24,723 bases of DNA from an uncultured virus (IMG/VR IMGVR_UViG_3300023687_000086) (IMGVR_UViG_3300023687_000086), one strand, 5' to 3'. Counted from the first letter of the stretch, positions 7,110-15,697 are shown. Numbers and translations: made by a program. Notes: generated by a model not told the origin, from the sequence alone.

Positions 7110-9875
7110 ATGGCAAAAAAGAAAAAGAACCAATCATTTTTAGCCACAGTAAAAAAGACGTTCAAGAATATGAAGTATTGGTATGTAGCCGACGAAAATG
7201 GTCAGATTCAACATACGAAAAGAATCGTGTTTGAAGGCATTGTTTCGTTGCCAATCATCATATTCGAAGGTGTCAAAATCGGCTTCTACGCAAAGGTCGC
7301 CAATTTAAACACAGGGTTTCAGACATTCGCGGAAGGTCTTGTAACTCCAGCCTACAAGGTTCATGCACTTCGTCATGCTAACGATCTTACAGGATTTGGC
7401 AGTGCGTATTATGGATTCGATGCTAGTTATCTTGGCCTAATGTTGCTTGGATTCGCGGTTATTTTTGCATCTTTGTACATGACAGCAGAACGTAATCGTA
7501 ACAAATCGAGCAGAAAAGACGGTAATATGAAGTTCGGTCGAATTTCCGATTTCAATGAACAGATGGCATATTGTGATGAATCTGGAGAGCCGATTGATCC
7601 GCCGGAAAACAGTTACGAGCCAGGTAATATGATCTTGTCACAGAATGTTCGGTATTCCTTGGAACCAAAAGGAACAAATACATATTCAAATGCGCTTGTT
7701 ATTGGTGTAACCGGTTGTGGTAAATCATTTACGTACGTAAAACCAAATGTACTGCAGATGAATTCGTCTTATGTAATCACAGATCCAAAGGGCGAGTTGA
7801 CACATGACCTTGGCGCTGCGCTTATGAGGCATGGATATAGAATCAAGCTTTTTAACTTGAGCGAACAAACAGCATCCTGTAAGTACAATCCGTTCCATTA
7901 TATTCGTTCGGAGGCAGACGTTGTTACCATGGTTAACACGTTCCTCGAAAACACGAAAGAAGAGGATGCCGGCGGCGGAGATCCATTCTTCCCGTTAGCA
8001 GAAAAGAACTTTTACTTAGGCCTTTGCTTCTATATATATACGGTTTATAAGGATCAGCCTGAGAAGCAAACATTTAAGACGCTGTATGAGTTGTATCAGT
8101 CGGCAGACGAGCAGGAGGTTATGCTTAAGAAGGGTGAGGCAGCTCCGGAATCCAAGTTCGATGAAATCTTTAGAGAGCTTGGACAAAAGGATCCAACAAA
8201 TCCGGCGCTCCCATACTATGCAACATTCAAGAAAGGTTCTTCGAAAACGAAGCAGTCTATTCTTACGTCCGTTGGTGTTAAGCTTTGGTTCTTATCCGTA
8301 GGAACAGTAGCAAACCTTCTAAGCGGAGATACGCTGGAACTTGAGAAGCTTGGCGATCGAAAGACGGCATTATTTATCGTAATTCCGTCCGAAGTTAAGA
8401 CTTATAAGTTTTTATCTGCAATTTTGTTTACGCAGCTTTTCGAAACGCTCTATTACGTTGGCAATACGCTTAATGAGAAGAGCTTGTTATTGCAACATGG
8501 TAACTGCGTTGCATTTAGAAGTGATCCGTTTATTCCTGGCACAAAATCTGAAGACGAGGCAAGAGAGGCCATGGAAATCAAACGTGAGCTTTGGAAAAAG
8601 GCTTATATAGAAGACGATAATGAACTTATTGCAACAGATCCGGAAAAAGCTAAATATTTCGATACGCCAAATGAGCGTGGATTTAAGCCCTACCCAACAG
8701 CTAGACTCGTATACAATGATAGCGAGACCGGAGAACGTCGCGTATTAGAGGAGTTCCAATCCAGGGCGGAAGCAGATATGGTATACAAAGCAGTATGCGA
8801 GGGCGAAATTGTACGCGGAAAGAAGTCCTTAGTTAACCACGTGCGATTTATGCTGGATGAGTTCTTCTCACTTGGTAAGATTACAGACTTCGATCTTAAG
8901 ATCGCGACCTTCCGTTCACTTCGTATTTCCTGCGATATCATCGTTCAGTCGATTGCGCAGTTAAAAGAAATGTACGAAGACCGTGAAGCCAAGATTGTAA
9001 ACAACTGTAATGTTCAGATTCTGCTTGGTGCCGCATCAAATGATGATTGTCAGTATTTCAGTGACTTAATGGGTCAGACGACCGTCCGTTCGGAGTCTGC
9101 GTCTGTTGATCATAAAGGATTAATCCAGGGCGTTAGCAATACGAATATTGGAGATGGTGCACAGCTTTTGATGCGTCCGGAAGATATTCGAACTATGAGT
9201 AAGGATAAATGCTTGGTAATCGTCAACACGACAAAGCCACTCATTGATGAGAAGTATTCTTCGTTAGACCATCCTCGCTGGGGCGAAAGCTATTCATCCT
9301 TTGATCCGAACTCTCAGAAGAACGAGTTCCAGTTCCAGAGATTGTTCTATGTGGAGCAGGATGAAGCGAACCGTGTTGTAACGATTTTAAGTTCCATCGG
9401 TCAAACGCCGGCACTTGTTCAAAACGATAACAACAAGTTACCTAAGCGCGAACCAATCAAGGGTAAACGGCCAGATGAACAAGAGAAACGTATCGGAATC
9501 GATCCACATCCAGGACTTAGCCAGGAAGAGCGTCAAAGACGATATGAAAACGAGAAACGCAAGATGACCGCAGCGAATGAAGAAGTCGCAAATAAGAGCG
9601 CTTCTGAAAATATCGAGTCGGGGTTGATGTACAAAGCAAACTCGTTCGGTGAAATTAATATCGCAGAAGTATCAAGTCTTGGTATTGATACAGAAAAAAT
9701 CTTGATTGAAGCTGCAATGGGTAAGGGCGAATGGGAAGTGACTGATGGTGATACACCAGGAACGAAACGTATCCAGCCAACAAGTGACAACGCAATTGCG
9801 AATGCCATTAAAAAGGGAAACGTAAAAAAAGAACAGATTATTACAGACCCAAATGACATGTTTGATCTGTGGTAA
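7110..9875 (+). CDS. virD4: VirD4/TraG-family type IV coupling protein
   Basis: N-terminal TM segments; Walker A GVTGCGKS; YVKPN, TDPKGEL and YNPF; Walker B RFMLDEF; IVQSIAQLKEMY. Confidence 0.93.
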   Translation: MAKKKKNQSFLATVKKTFKNMKYWYVADENGQIQHTKRIVFEGIVSLPIIIFEGVKIGFYAKVANLNTGFQTFAEGLVTPAYKVHALRHANDLTGFGSAYYGFDASYLGLMLLGFAVIFASLYMTAERNRNKSSRKDGNMKFGRISDFNEQMAYCDESGEPIDPPENSYEPGNMILSQNVRYSLEPKGTNTYSNALVIGVTGCGKSFTYVKPNVLQMNSSYVITDPKGELTHDLGAALMRHGYRIKLFNLSEQTASCKYNPFHYIRSEADVVTMVNTFLENTKEEDAGGGDPFFPLAEKNFYLGLCFYIYTVYKDQPEKQTFKTLYELYQSADEQEVMLKKGEAAPESKFDEIFRELGQKDPTNPALPYYATFKKGSSKTKQSILTSVGVKLWFLSVGTVANLLSGDTLELEKLGDRKTALFIVIPSEVKTYKFLSAILFTQLFETLYYVGNTLNEKSLLLQHGNCVAFRSDPFIPGTKSEDEAREAMEIKRELWKKAYIEDDNELIATDPEKAKYFDTPNERGFKPYPTARLVYNDSETGERRVLEEFQSRAEADMVYKAVCEGEIVRGKKSLVNHVRFMLDEFFSLGKITDFDLKIATFRSLRISCDIIVQSIAQLKEMYEDREAKIVNNCNVQILLGAASNDDCQYFSDLMGQTTVRSESASVDHKGLIQGVSNTNIGDGAQLLMRPEDIRTMSKDKCLVIVNTTKPLIDEKYSSLDHPRWGESYSSFDPNSQKNEFQFQRLFYVEQDEANRVVTILSSIGQTPALVQNDNNKLPKREPIKGKRPDEQEKRIGIDPHPGLSQEERQRRYENEKRKMTAANEEVANKSASENIESGLMYKANSFGEINIAEVSSLGIDTEKILIEAAMGKGEWEVTDGDTPGTKRIQPTSDNAIANAIKKGNVKKEQIITDPNDMFDLW

Positions 9876-9885
9876 TCGAAGAAAG

Positions 9886-9916
9886 AGAGAGATTAGAAAT
9901 AGTCTCTCTTTTTTTT
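9886..9916 (+). terminator. Intrinsic terminator
   Basis: AGAGAGATTA-GAAA-TAGTCTCTCT followed by a T run. Confidence 0.85.
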
Positions 9917-9917
9917 G

Positions 9918-9942
9918 TTCCCAAAAAACGAATTCATATTTA
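9918..9942 (+). promoter_or_regulatory. Class I promoter-like motif
   Basis: TTCCCAAAAAACGAATTCATATTTA. Confidence 0.7.
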
Positions 9943-10007
9943 AGTTTGCGAATAAAAACAGTTTCAGAGATATTCGCAAATTAAATCATTAGAAAGGAAT
10001 ATATAGG

Positions 10008-10337
10008 ATGAAAGTAAAAGAGATGATAAGAAGTTTAAATGCAAAAGCAATGGGTGTATCTGCAACTGTAGCAGCTGCATTAACACCAGTTATGGCACAT
10101 GCAGCATCATTCAATTCGTATTCAGGTACCGATGGTAACAAAATCGTAGAAGGCGTTAAAAAACTTTTTGGAACCATTGGTACATGGGGTGGAGCGATTT
10201 GGCTTATTTCTGCTGTCTTTGCGTTGATTTTATCGATTCGAAACGAGGATACTGAGGGTCGTAATAAGTGTATTTTAAATATCTTAGCAGCAATTGCTTT
10301 GTTGTCTACAACCGGAATTATTAACCTTTTCTTCTAA
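10008..10337 (+). CDS. VirB2/TrbC-like pilin-type membrane protein
   Basis: Signal peptide ending PVMAHA, then two hydrophobic helices separated by a charged loop (SIRNEDTEGRNK); located between virD4 and the virB6-like gene. Confidence 0.7.
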   Translation: MKVKEMIRSLNAKAMGVSATVAAALTPVMAHAASFNSYSGTDGNKIVEGVKKLFGTIGTWGGAIWLISAVFALILSIRNEDTEGRNKCILNILAAIALLSTTGIINLFF

Positions 10338-10351
10338 ATGGAGGATCGTAA

Positions 10352-11083
10352 ATGAATGTATCAAGTCTTATGATTCTACTACTTGATATCGGAAAAGGAA
10401 TCACATCAAATGTCGATCCAACGGATGCAACGAGCGGTATTAATAAGTTCTTGATAAACTGTGGAACGGCGGTGGGAGCAATTCTCATCGCTGTTGCTAC
10501 ACTAAAAATGATAATTGCGTTAGCCGAAGAAAGTGTTGCAGAACGCCAAAAGGCGTCTTTACTCTTTGGCGTGGGAATTGTGTTCGTTAGTGTAGAAGCA
10601 GTGGTAAAGACACTTCTTGGGCCTAAAGGCTCGATTACAGAAGCGACCGGTTACATTACCGTGGCGCAAAATGTGCTATCTGTAATTGGTAGTATGGCGA
10701 GTTGGGCCGGAGCAATCATGATTATATTTGCGGTTTATTCTTTTATTCTCGCGATTGCACAAGAATCAGTAGAATCTCAAACAAAAGCAACAAATGCATC
10801 CTTGGTTGGAATTGGGTTCGTATCACTCCATTTCGTATGCGATGCATTAAAAAATAAGATTAGTTCAAAAGAGCCAACATCGTTCGTTACCGTAATCACT
10901 GGATGGTTGGGAAGTATAGCATCATACGGAGGCGCAATATTACTTGTGATGGCTATCTTTAGAATGATTATATCCATTCGCACAGAAGACCTCAAAGAGC
11001 GTAACGATGCAATTAAGCTGATGATGGTTTCAATAGCGTTGATTAGTTTCAAGTCTGTAATAAAAGCGTTTGGAATCGGTTAG
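10352..11083 (+). CDS. Membrane protein built of three tandem VirB2-like helical hairpin repeats
   Basis: Three GAI-hydrophobic-charged loop-hydrophobic units; the third aligns closely with 10008..10337. Confidence 0.7.
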   Translation: MNVSSLMILLLDIGKGITSNVDPTDATSGINKFLINCGTAVGAILIAVATLKMIIALAEESVAERQKASLLFGVGIVFVSVEAVVKTLLGPKGSITEATGYITVAQNVLSVIGSMASWAGAIMIIFAVYSFILAIAQESVESQTKATNASLVGIGFVSLHFVCDALKNKISSKEPTSFVTVITGWLGSIASYGGAILLVMAIFRMIISIRTEDLKERNDAIKLMMVSIALISFKSVIKAFGIG

Positions 11084-11098
11084 AAAGGAGGGAACAGT

Positions 11099-11938
11099 TT
11101 GTCTAACATTATTTTCCTGAAAATGTTTACAACGTGGATCGACGATTTGATGATAAAGTGGTCTGCTGGAATCTTAGATGCTAGTTTAGGTCAAGGCCAA
11201 ATGGAATCTGTAAAAAAGATTATATCTTTCGTAGGCCCAGGAGATTATTATTCTCAGTTTTGGAGTATTGTGAATGTTGCGTTAAAAGCTGTAAGACCAT
11301 TTGGATTTGCAATCATAACAACATACTTCTTGATGTTTTTATTTGATGCTGCAGCAAAAGATAACGTTACTGTAGATTCATTGATAAAGGTACTAATTCA
11401 ATTGGTACTTGTTATTGCAATGATAAAGAACCTGGATTTGATAATAAATTCATTCCTATCATTAAATGAAACATTGATTGCCAAAATGGGAAACATTGGC
11501 CCCAAGTCGGCATCAGTTGAAATCAAGGGAACAGATTTCGTAAACGAATGGTATGATGCCGGAACAAATGTATTTGTAATATGGATACAGTGTGTAGTGA
11601 TTTGGCTCATACATCAGATCGCTGTTATTGCTGTCGATTTTGCAATCATTCAAAGAGCAATTGAAATCGGTTGGAGAAGTGTATTTGCACCAATCGGAGT
11701 TGCTAACTGTTTCGAAGGTGGAGCAAATAGCGCTGGTATCCGATATTTAAAAACGTTGTTTACCGTAATCATGTCTGGAGCCGCAATTTATCTTACGGCA
11801 GCATTGGGATTCTCAATTACGGCCGGTATGCTTAAATCAGCAACAAGCAGTACAATTTGGATTGCAGTGGCATCAATGTTGGGTACAGCTGGTGCAGCAA
11901 TTGGCGTCGGAAATAAGATACGAGATGTCGCACAATAA
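11099..11938 (+). CDS. VirB6-like polytopic T4SS membrane protein
   Basis: Multiple TM segments; RAIEIGWRSVFAPIGVA...GIRYLK pattern typical of Firmicute VirB6-like proteins; TTG start with a strong RBS; synteny. Confidence 0.78.
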   Translation: MSNIIFLKMFTTWIDDLMIKWSAGILDASLGQGQMESVKKIISFVGPGDYYSQFWSIVNVALKAVRPFGFAIITTYFLMFLFDAAAKDNVTVDSLIKVLIQLVLVIAMIKNLDLIINSFLSLNETLIAKMGNIGPKSASVEIKGTDFVNEWYDAGTNVFVIWIQCVVIWLIHQIAVIAVDFAIIQRAIEIGWRSVFAPIGVANCFEGGANSAGIRYLKTLFTVIMSGAAIYLTAALGFSITAGMLKSATSSTIWIAVASMLGTAGAAIGVGNKIRDVAQ

Positions 11939-11958
11939 TATAAAAGAAAGGAATCAAT

Positions 11959-12468
11959 ATGGCTATTTCTAAACCTACACCAAAGGATGTTGGTACATAT
12001 GAAGCGAAAATGGTTGGCCCGTTTACGAAGCGACAAGTCATATGCATTGGAGCTGGAGCACTGCCAACGGTTATCATTTCATCGTTTTTAAATGCACTTA
12101 ATATCGATGGATATTCAATCGCAGCGGTAGCAATCATGCTTATGATTATCCCGTGTTTCTTCGCGTTTGGCTCCGTATTGTGTTACGGCCAAAAACCGGA
12201 AGATTTTTTAATCGAATATTATCAGTATCACTTAAAATCCAAAAAAGTGCGATTATACGAAACCAGCACTTTGGACGATAAACTTGATATTGTTCGAAAG
12301 AAAGAATTAAAGAAGCAAGAAGAGGAAATGGAATTGGATCCTAAGCAAAAGAAACCGAAGGAACCTAAAAAGGATAAGAACGTTGTCACTACAAAGACAA
12401 AGTTCCAGGATCCAAGATTTACACCGAAGCCACACAAAGTTTCGAAAGAATATAAAAGTTTTTCGTAG
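11959..12468 (+). CDS. prgI: PrgI-family (VirB3-like) conjugation membrane protein
   Basis: PKDVGTYEAKMVGPFTKRQVIC N-terminus, two TM helices, GQKPEDF and a basic tail. Confidence 0.85.
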   Translation: MAISKPTPKDVGTYEAKMVGPFTKRQVICIGAGALPTVIISSFLNALNIDGYSIAAVAIMLMIIPCFFAFGSVLCYGQKPEDFLIEYYQYHLKSKKVRLYETSTLDDKLDIVRKKELKKQEEEMELDPKQKKPKEPKKDKNVVTTKTKFQDPRFTPKPHKVSKEYKSFS

Positions 12469-12540
12469 AACTTAAAACCTTTTTGTAAAAGGAGTCGTCT
12501 TTTAGATAGCTAATATATCAAGACAGGTTAAATACGTTTT

Positions 12541-12590
12541 TGTGAGAATCGAATTATTTTGTCACAAATCGAGTCACAATGATACGTATT
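12541..12590 (+). promoter_or_regulatory. Class II promoter-like motif with TGTGA-N16-TCACA palindrome
   Basis: TGTGA(12541)...TTTGTCACAAA-TCGAGTCAC-AATGATACGTATT. Confidence 0.7.
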
Positions 12591-12636
12591 AATATTGTAA
12601 ACGGATAACACAGACCGTTTCAAGCACATTACAAAA

Positions 12637-12686
12637 TGTGAAAACTTAAAAAGTTTGTCACAAAACGACCTGTAATGATACGTATT
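12637..12686 (+). promoter_or_regulatory. Class II promoter-like motif with TGTGA-N16-TCACA palindrome
   Basis: TGTGA(12637)...TTTGTCACAAA-ACGACCTGT-AATGATACGTATT. Confidence 0.7.
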
Positions 12687-12690
12687 AGTA

Positions 12691-12956
12691 TTGTAATCGC
12701 AAAAGAGACTCCTTTCATTTTGTTATATAGCGATTACAAAAATAAAGATCCGAGATCAATTCTCCTTTCATGATACACAACACTCGGATCGGGGGTGAAT
12801 GGCGCAGTAATATGCGAATCGTTGCAATGGGCAACGAGATGGTTCGAATCCATCACATCTCTTCAATTGACGAATAGTTTGTCTCCTTTCACCGAAGCCA
12901 TGGCGGCTCGAAAGGGTCCGAATCCCTTTCTTCGGTTTCGAGATGCAAAATCTCAC
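12691..12956 (+). ncRNA. Candidate structured ncRNA with three anti-SD motifs and two tRNA-like modules
   Basis: Consecutive hairpins start right after a class II motif; CTCCTTTCA occurs three times; T-arm loops TTCGAAT and TCCGAAT. Confidence 0.55.
12791..12865 (+). tRNA. Atypical tRNA-like cloverleaf (pseudo-tRNA or mimic; no assignable anticodon)
   Basis: Acceptor-like GGGGGTG/CATCTCT; D-like CGCA-GTAATA-TGCG; 7-bp arm TCGTTGC-AATGG-GCAACGA; perfect T arm GATGG-TTCGAAT-CCATC; ends in TCA. Confidence 0.5.
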
Positions 12957-13053
12957 ATAGGTTTAAAACCTTTTGGACGAATTAGTCGTCCTATATTTAG
13001 AAACGAAAAACACAGTATTTAGAATGAAAGTTCTAAATGGGAAGGAGAAATAT

Positions 13054-13791
13054 ATGAGAAAAAGAATGGTAACAAAATTTATGGCACTTGCAGCGGTTGC
13101 AATGGTTGGTACGGGGATGATGGCTCCGGTTATGGCTCATGCGGAGGAGATTCAGGATGCGCCGACTAATGAAGTATCTAGTACGCCTGAATACGTTGTA
13201 ACAGATGAAAAGACACCAATCGAAGAATCAATTAGACGCTCGGAAGAGATAGCATTCGCTGCAAGAGATAGACGGTTAGCCGAGGAAGCAGCTGCTAGAC
13301 AGGCAGCAACTTCTACGTCAACGCAAACATCATCTCCGGCTCCCGAGCAGGCACCAGCATCTGTTTCGGAACAGGCGCCAGCACCTGTTCCGACACCGAC
13401 TCCGAGCGTGGTAGAGAATACAACAACCGAAGAGCCGAAGGTTGAAGTTCCTAAGAAGAGCGTTGCTTCTTCGGATGATAAGGTTAAGGCCGAGGTAAAG
13501 ACCGAGAATGAGGTGAAAGATGATGAGACAGAAACTAATGTTGAGTTTGAATCTGAATCCGAGAAAAAGGTTGATGAGGCTGTTTCTGCGGCAAGAAGAG
13601 CGAATGATAAGATCAAGGCAAATGCTGAAGCATTAACAAAGATCGTTGAAGACGAACCAACAGGTATGGAAGCTGTTGTCGTAACATTAAAGACCACCGT
13701 TGGTAATGGAGTGGCGGCTGTCCAGACTTTCTTTGGTAATGTTGCTGATGGAATTCAGGGATTGTTCGAAGGTTTCGTTTCATTGTTTTAA
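13054..13791 (+). CDS. Exported low-complexity protein (Ala/Pro/Thr/Glu-rich) with an amphipathic C-terminus
   Basis: GAAGGAG RBS before ATG 13054 (ORF track starts at 12973); signal peptide ending PVMAHA-EE. Confidence 0.8.
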   Translation: MRKRMVTKFMALAAVAMVGTGMMAPVMAHAEEIQDAPTNEVSSTPEYVVTDEKTPIEESIRRSEEIAFAARDRRLAEEAAARQAATSTSTQTSSPAPEQAPASVSEQAPAPVPTPTPSVVENTTTEEPKVEVPKKSVASSDDKVKAEVKTENEVKDDETETNVEFESESEKKVDEAVSAARRANDKIKANAEALTKIVEDEPTGMEAVVVTLKTTVGNGVAAVQTFFGNVADGIQGLFEGFVSLF

Positions 13792-13798
13792 TAATCAT

Positions 13799-13832
13799 AA
13801 GGAAGTACCGCAAAGGTGCTTCCTTTTTTTTT
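13799..13832 (+). terminator. Intrinsic terminator
   Basis: AAGGAAGTACC-GCAAA-GGTGCTTCCTT followed by a T run. Confidence 0.85.
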
Positions 13833-13834
13833 AT

Positions 13835-13859
13835 TTTGCAAGTATTCTGCTCATATTTA
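13835..13859 (+). promoter_or_regulatory. Class I promoter-like motif
   Basis: TTTGCAAGTATTCTGCTCATATTTA. Confidence 0.55.
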
Positions 13860-13881
13860 ATAAAAATATAAGGAGGATCAA

Positions 13882-15659
13882 ATGCATCTAAGAAAGAAAA
13901 TTGGATTACTCTCCATGTTACTCATGATGGCGTGTGCATCAATACCGGCACATGCTGATACAACAAAAGAACCATGGACAAAATCCGAAACTCAAACTCA
14001 AAATCTTAGAATTCGAGACATTACAACGAATGGGGTTCATGCGCAGCGAGTGTATAACGATGGTCAGGTCATGTTGTATATACGTATACGCACGATGTTA
14101 CATACGTGATTGATAATGGAACCGAATATAAGAAGGAAATCGAAAATAATACGAATGGTATTGTGCAGGCACCGGTAGCTTCAAAACCCGGATGGACATT
14201 TGTTGGTTGGAAAACAGATCGCAGCCCAGATGGTTCGATTTTATATAATCATACGGTAAAGTCGACCACGACGTATTATGCCGTTTATAAACGGACCGTA
14301 ACAGTGTCTGCTTATGGTGGTGACGCGACAACTAACAACTTGGGCGTACAGTATTACAATAGCGGAAGCATTTCGACTGTTAATATTAAGCTCGAAAATC
14401 AGCCAACAAAAGCTGGATGGCAACTAATCGGCTATAAGAATTGGTCAGATGAGGCTGCAAATGAAAAATGTGCATATGTCCCAGGAGATACGGTTCAAGT
14501 AAAAGAGGATATGAAGCTTCGGGCAGTCTTTAAGAAAAAAGTAACCGTGACGTCTGTGACTGGTAATAATCATGTAAAGCAAACGAGCTTTTCTGGATGG
14601 CGGTATTATAATAATGGGACAATAAAGAATCCGATAATTAACCTTATTCCAGAAAAACTAAACGGATGGAATTTTTATACTTTTGCAGAAAAGCCAAAAG
14701 ATACAATACCCAAATATCAGAACCGGGGATATGAATTTTCCACTGATACTAACATTTATCCGGTGTATCGTAGAGAATCAGCAATTTCTTATGATTGTGA
14801 TGGTGGACAATTATACGGAACCGCAAATGTAGATTATTCTGTTAATGTAGCATGGTTCTATGCTCCTGGTGACAATTTGACATTATTTGGCGGAGCAAAT
14901 GTTAAAATGTCAAAGAACGCTAAAAATACCGGATGGGAACAAGCGAATTATATAGTACAATTTAACAATGAAAAACATGGCAGCGTAGGTAATGGTTGGA
15001 CCGGACAAACGACGAACAACGTATCGTGGGGCGGATTTCCTTCGGTTTGGACAAACGGCTGTTATGCCGGCACTGCCTCTATATCCGCTGCATGGCCTGA
15101 GCACCTTATTGAAGACACAAACAATTATGATCAGTCAAAACTCGAATGGGAAACACCTAGATATATTAGCGGACCATTGACAACAAAAGTTGGAAAGTGG
15201 GGTGATGCAGACACCGATTGTCATACTAGTAGTATGAAATATAATAAAACTCCTTCGATTCATCCACGTGATTTTGTGGGAGACCAATGTTGGATCTTGG
15301 TGTACGGGAAAACAGAAAACGGAGTTTGGACGCAAATCGGTCAGTGGGCATGCAATACTAGCGAATCTCTAATATACAGACCAGAAAACGATAGCAATTC
15401 GTTATGGCCAGTTTCGATTAACATCCAAGATGGGTGGTATCGTGGAATTAGAATAGTCGCAACCGGTTCAGCAGCATATATTCCATATCATAATAACATG
15501 AAGGATCCAATGGTGTATGAATTAACCATATGTGAGGGAGCTGGATGCTCAGGCGGGACTCATAATGGTTGGGGACCTTCGTATATGCGTTTTACATTAG
15601 GACTCTTGCCGCTCGGTCCAAAAGGAATAGCGTTTGATGTAAATGGGTTACCAAGATAA
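13882..15659 (+). pseudogene. Frameshifted secreted surface protein with Listeria-Bacteroides/InlB-B-like repeats (ORFs 13882..14109 + 14106..15659)
   Basis: RBS and signal peptide (PAHA-DT) are in the first ORF; repeats KPGWTFVGW, KAGWQLIGY and LNGWNFYTF are in the second. Removing one GGTCA of the duplication at 14062-14071 fuses them into 590 aa. Confidence 0.8.
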
Positions 15660-15663
15660 TAAT

Positions 15664-15696
15664 AAAAAAGGCTCGTTCTACGCGGGTCTTTTTTTT
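15664..15696 (+). terminator. Intrinsic terminator
   Basis: AAGGCTCGT-TCTAC-GCGGGTCTT followed by a T run. Confidence 0.75.
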
Positions 15697-15697
15697 G

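Noticed and set aside
8505..8840. Intein in VirD4 (CVAF... to ...NH)
   Set aside because: Too short, no terminal His-Asn followed by Cys/Ser/Thr, and no block B motif; treated as a domain insertion.
12558..12696. Mini CRISPR array or iterons from the two 96-bp-spaced repeats
   Set aside because: Only two adjacent copies with variable centres, isolated copies elsewhere upstream of genes, and no cas or rep gene; a promoter interpretation fits better.
12975..12999. Thirteenth class I motif (TATATTTA) and GAC-N9/10-GTC mini-palindromes at 12869, 12976 and 20110
   Set aside because: The upstream box is missing, and the palindromes are short with inconsistent spacing; not distinguishable from chance by eye.
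12768..13022. ORFs 12795..13022 (+) and 12768..12956 (-)
   Set aside because: No convincing RBS; they overlie the hairpin/tRNA-like region, which is better explained as RNA structure.
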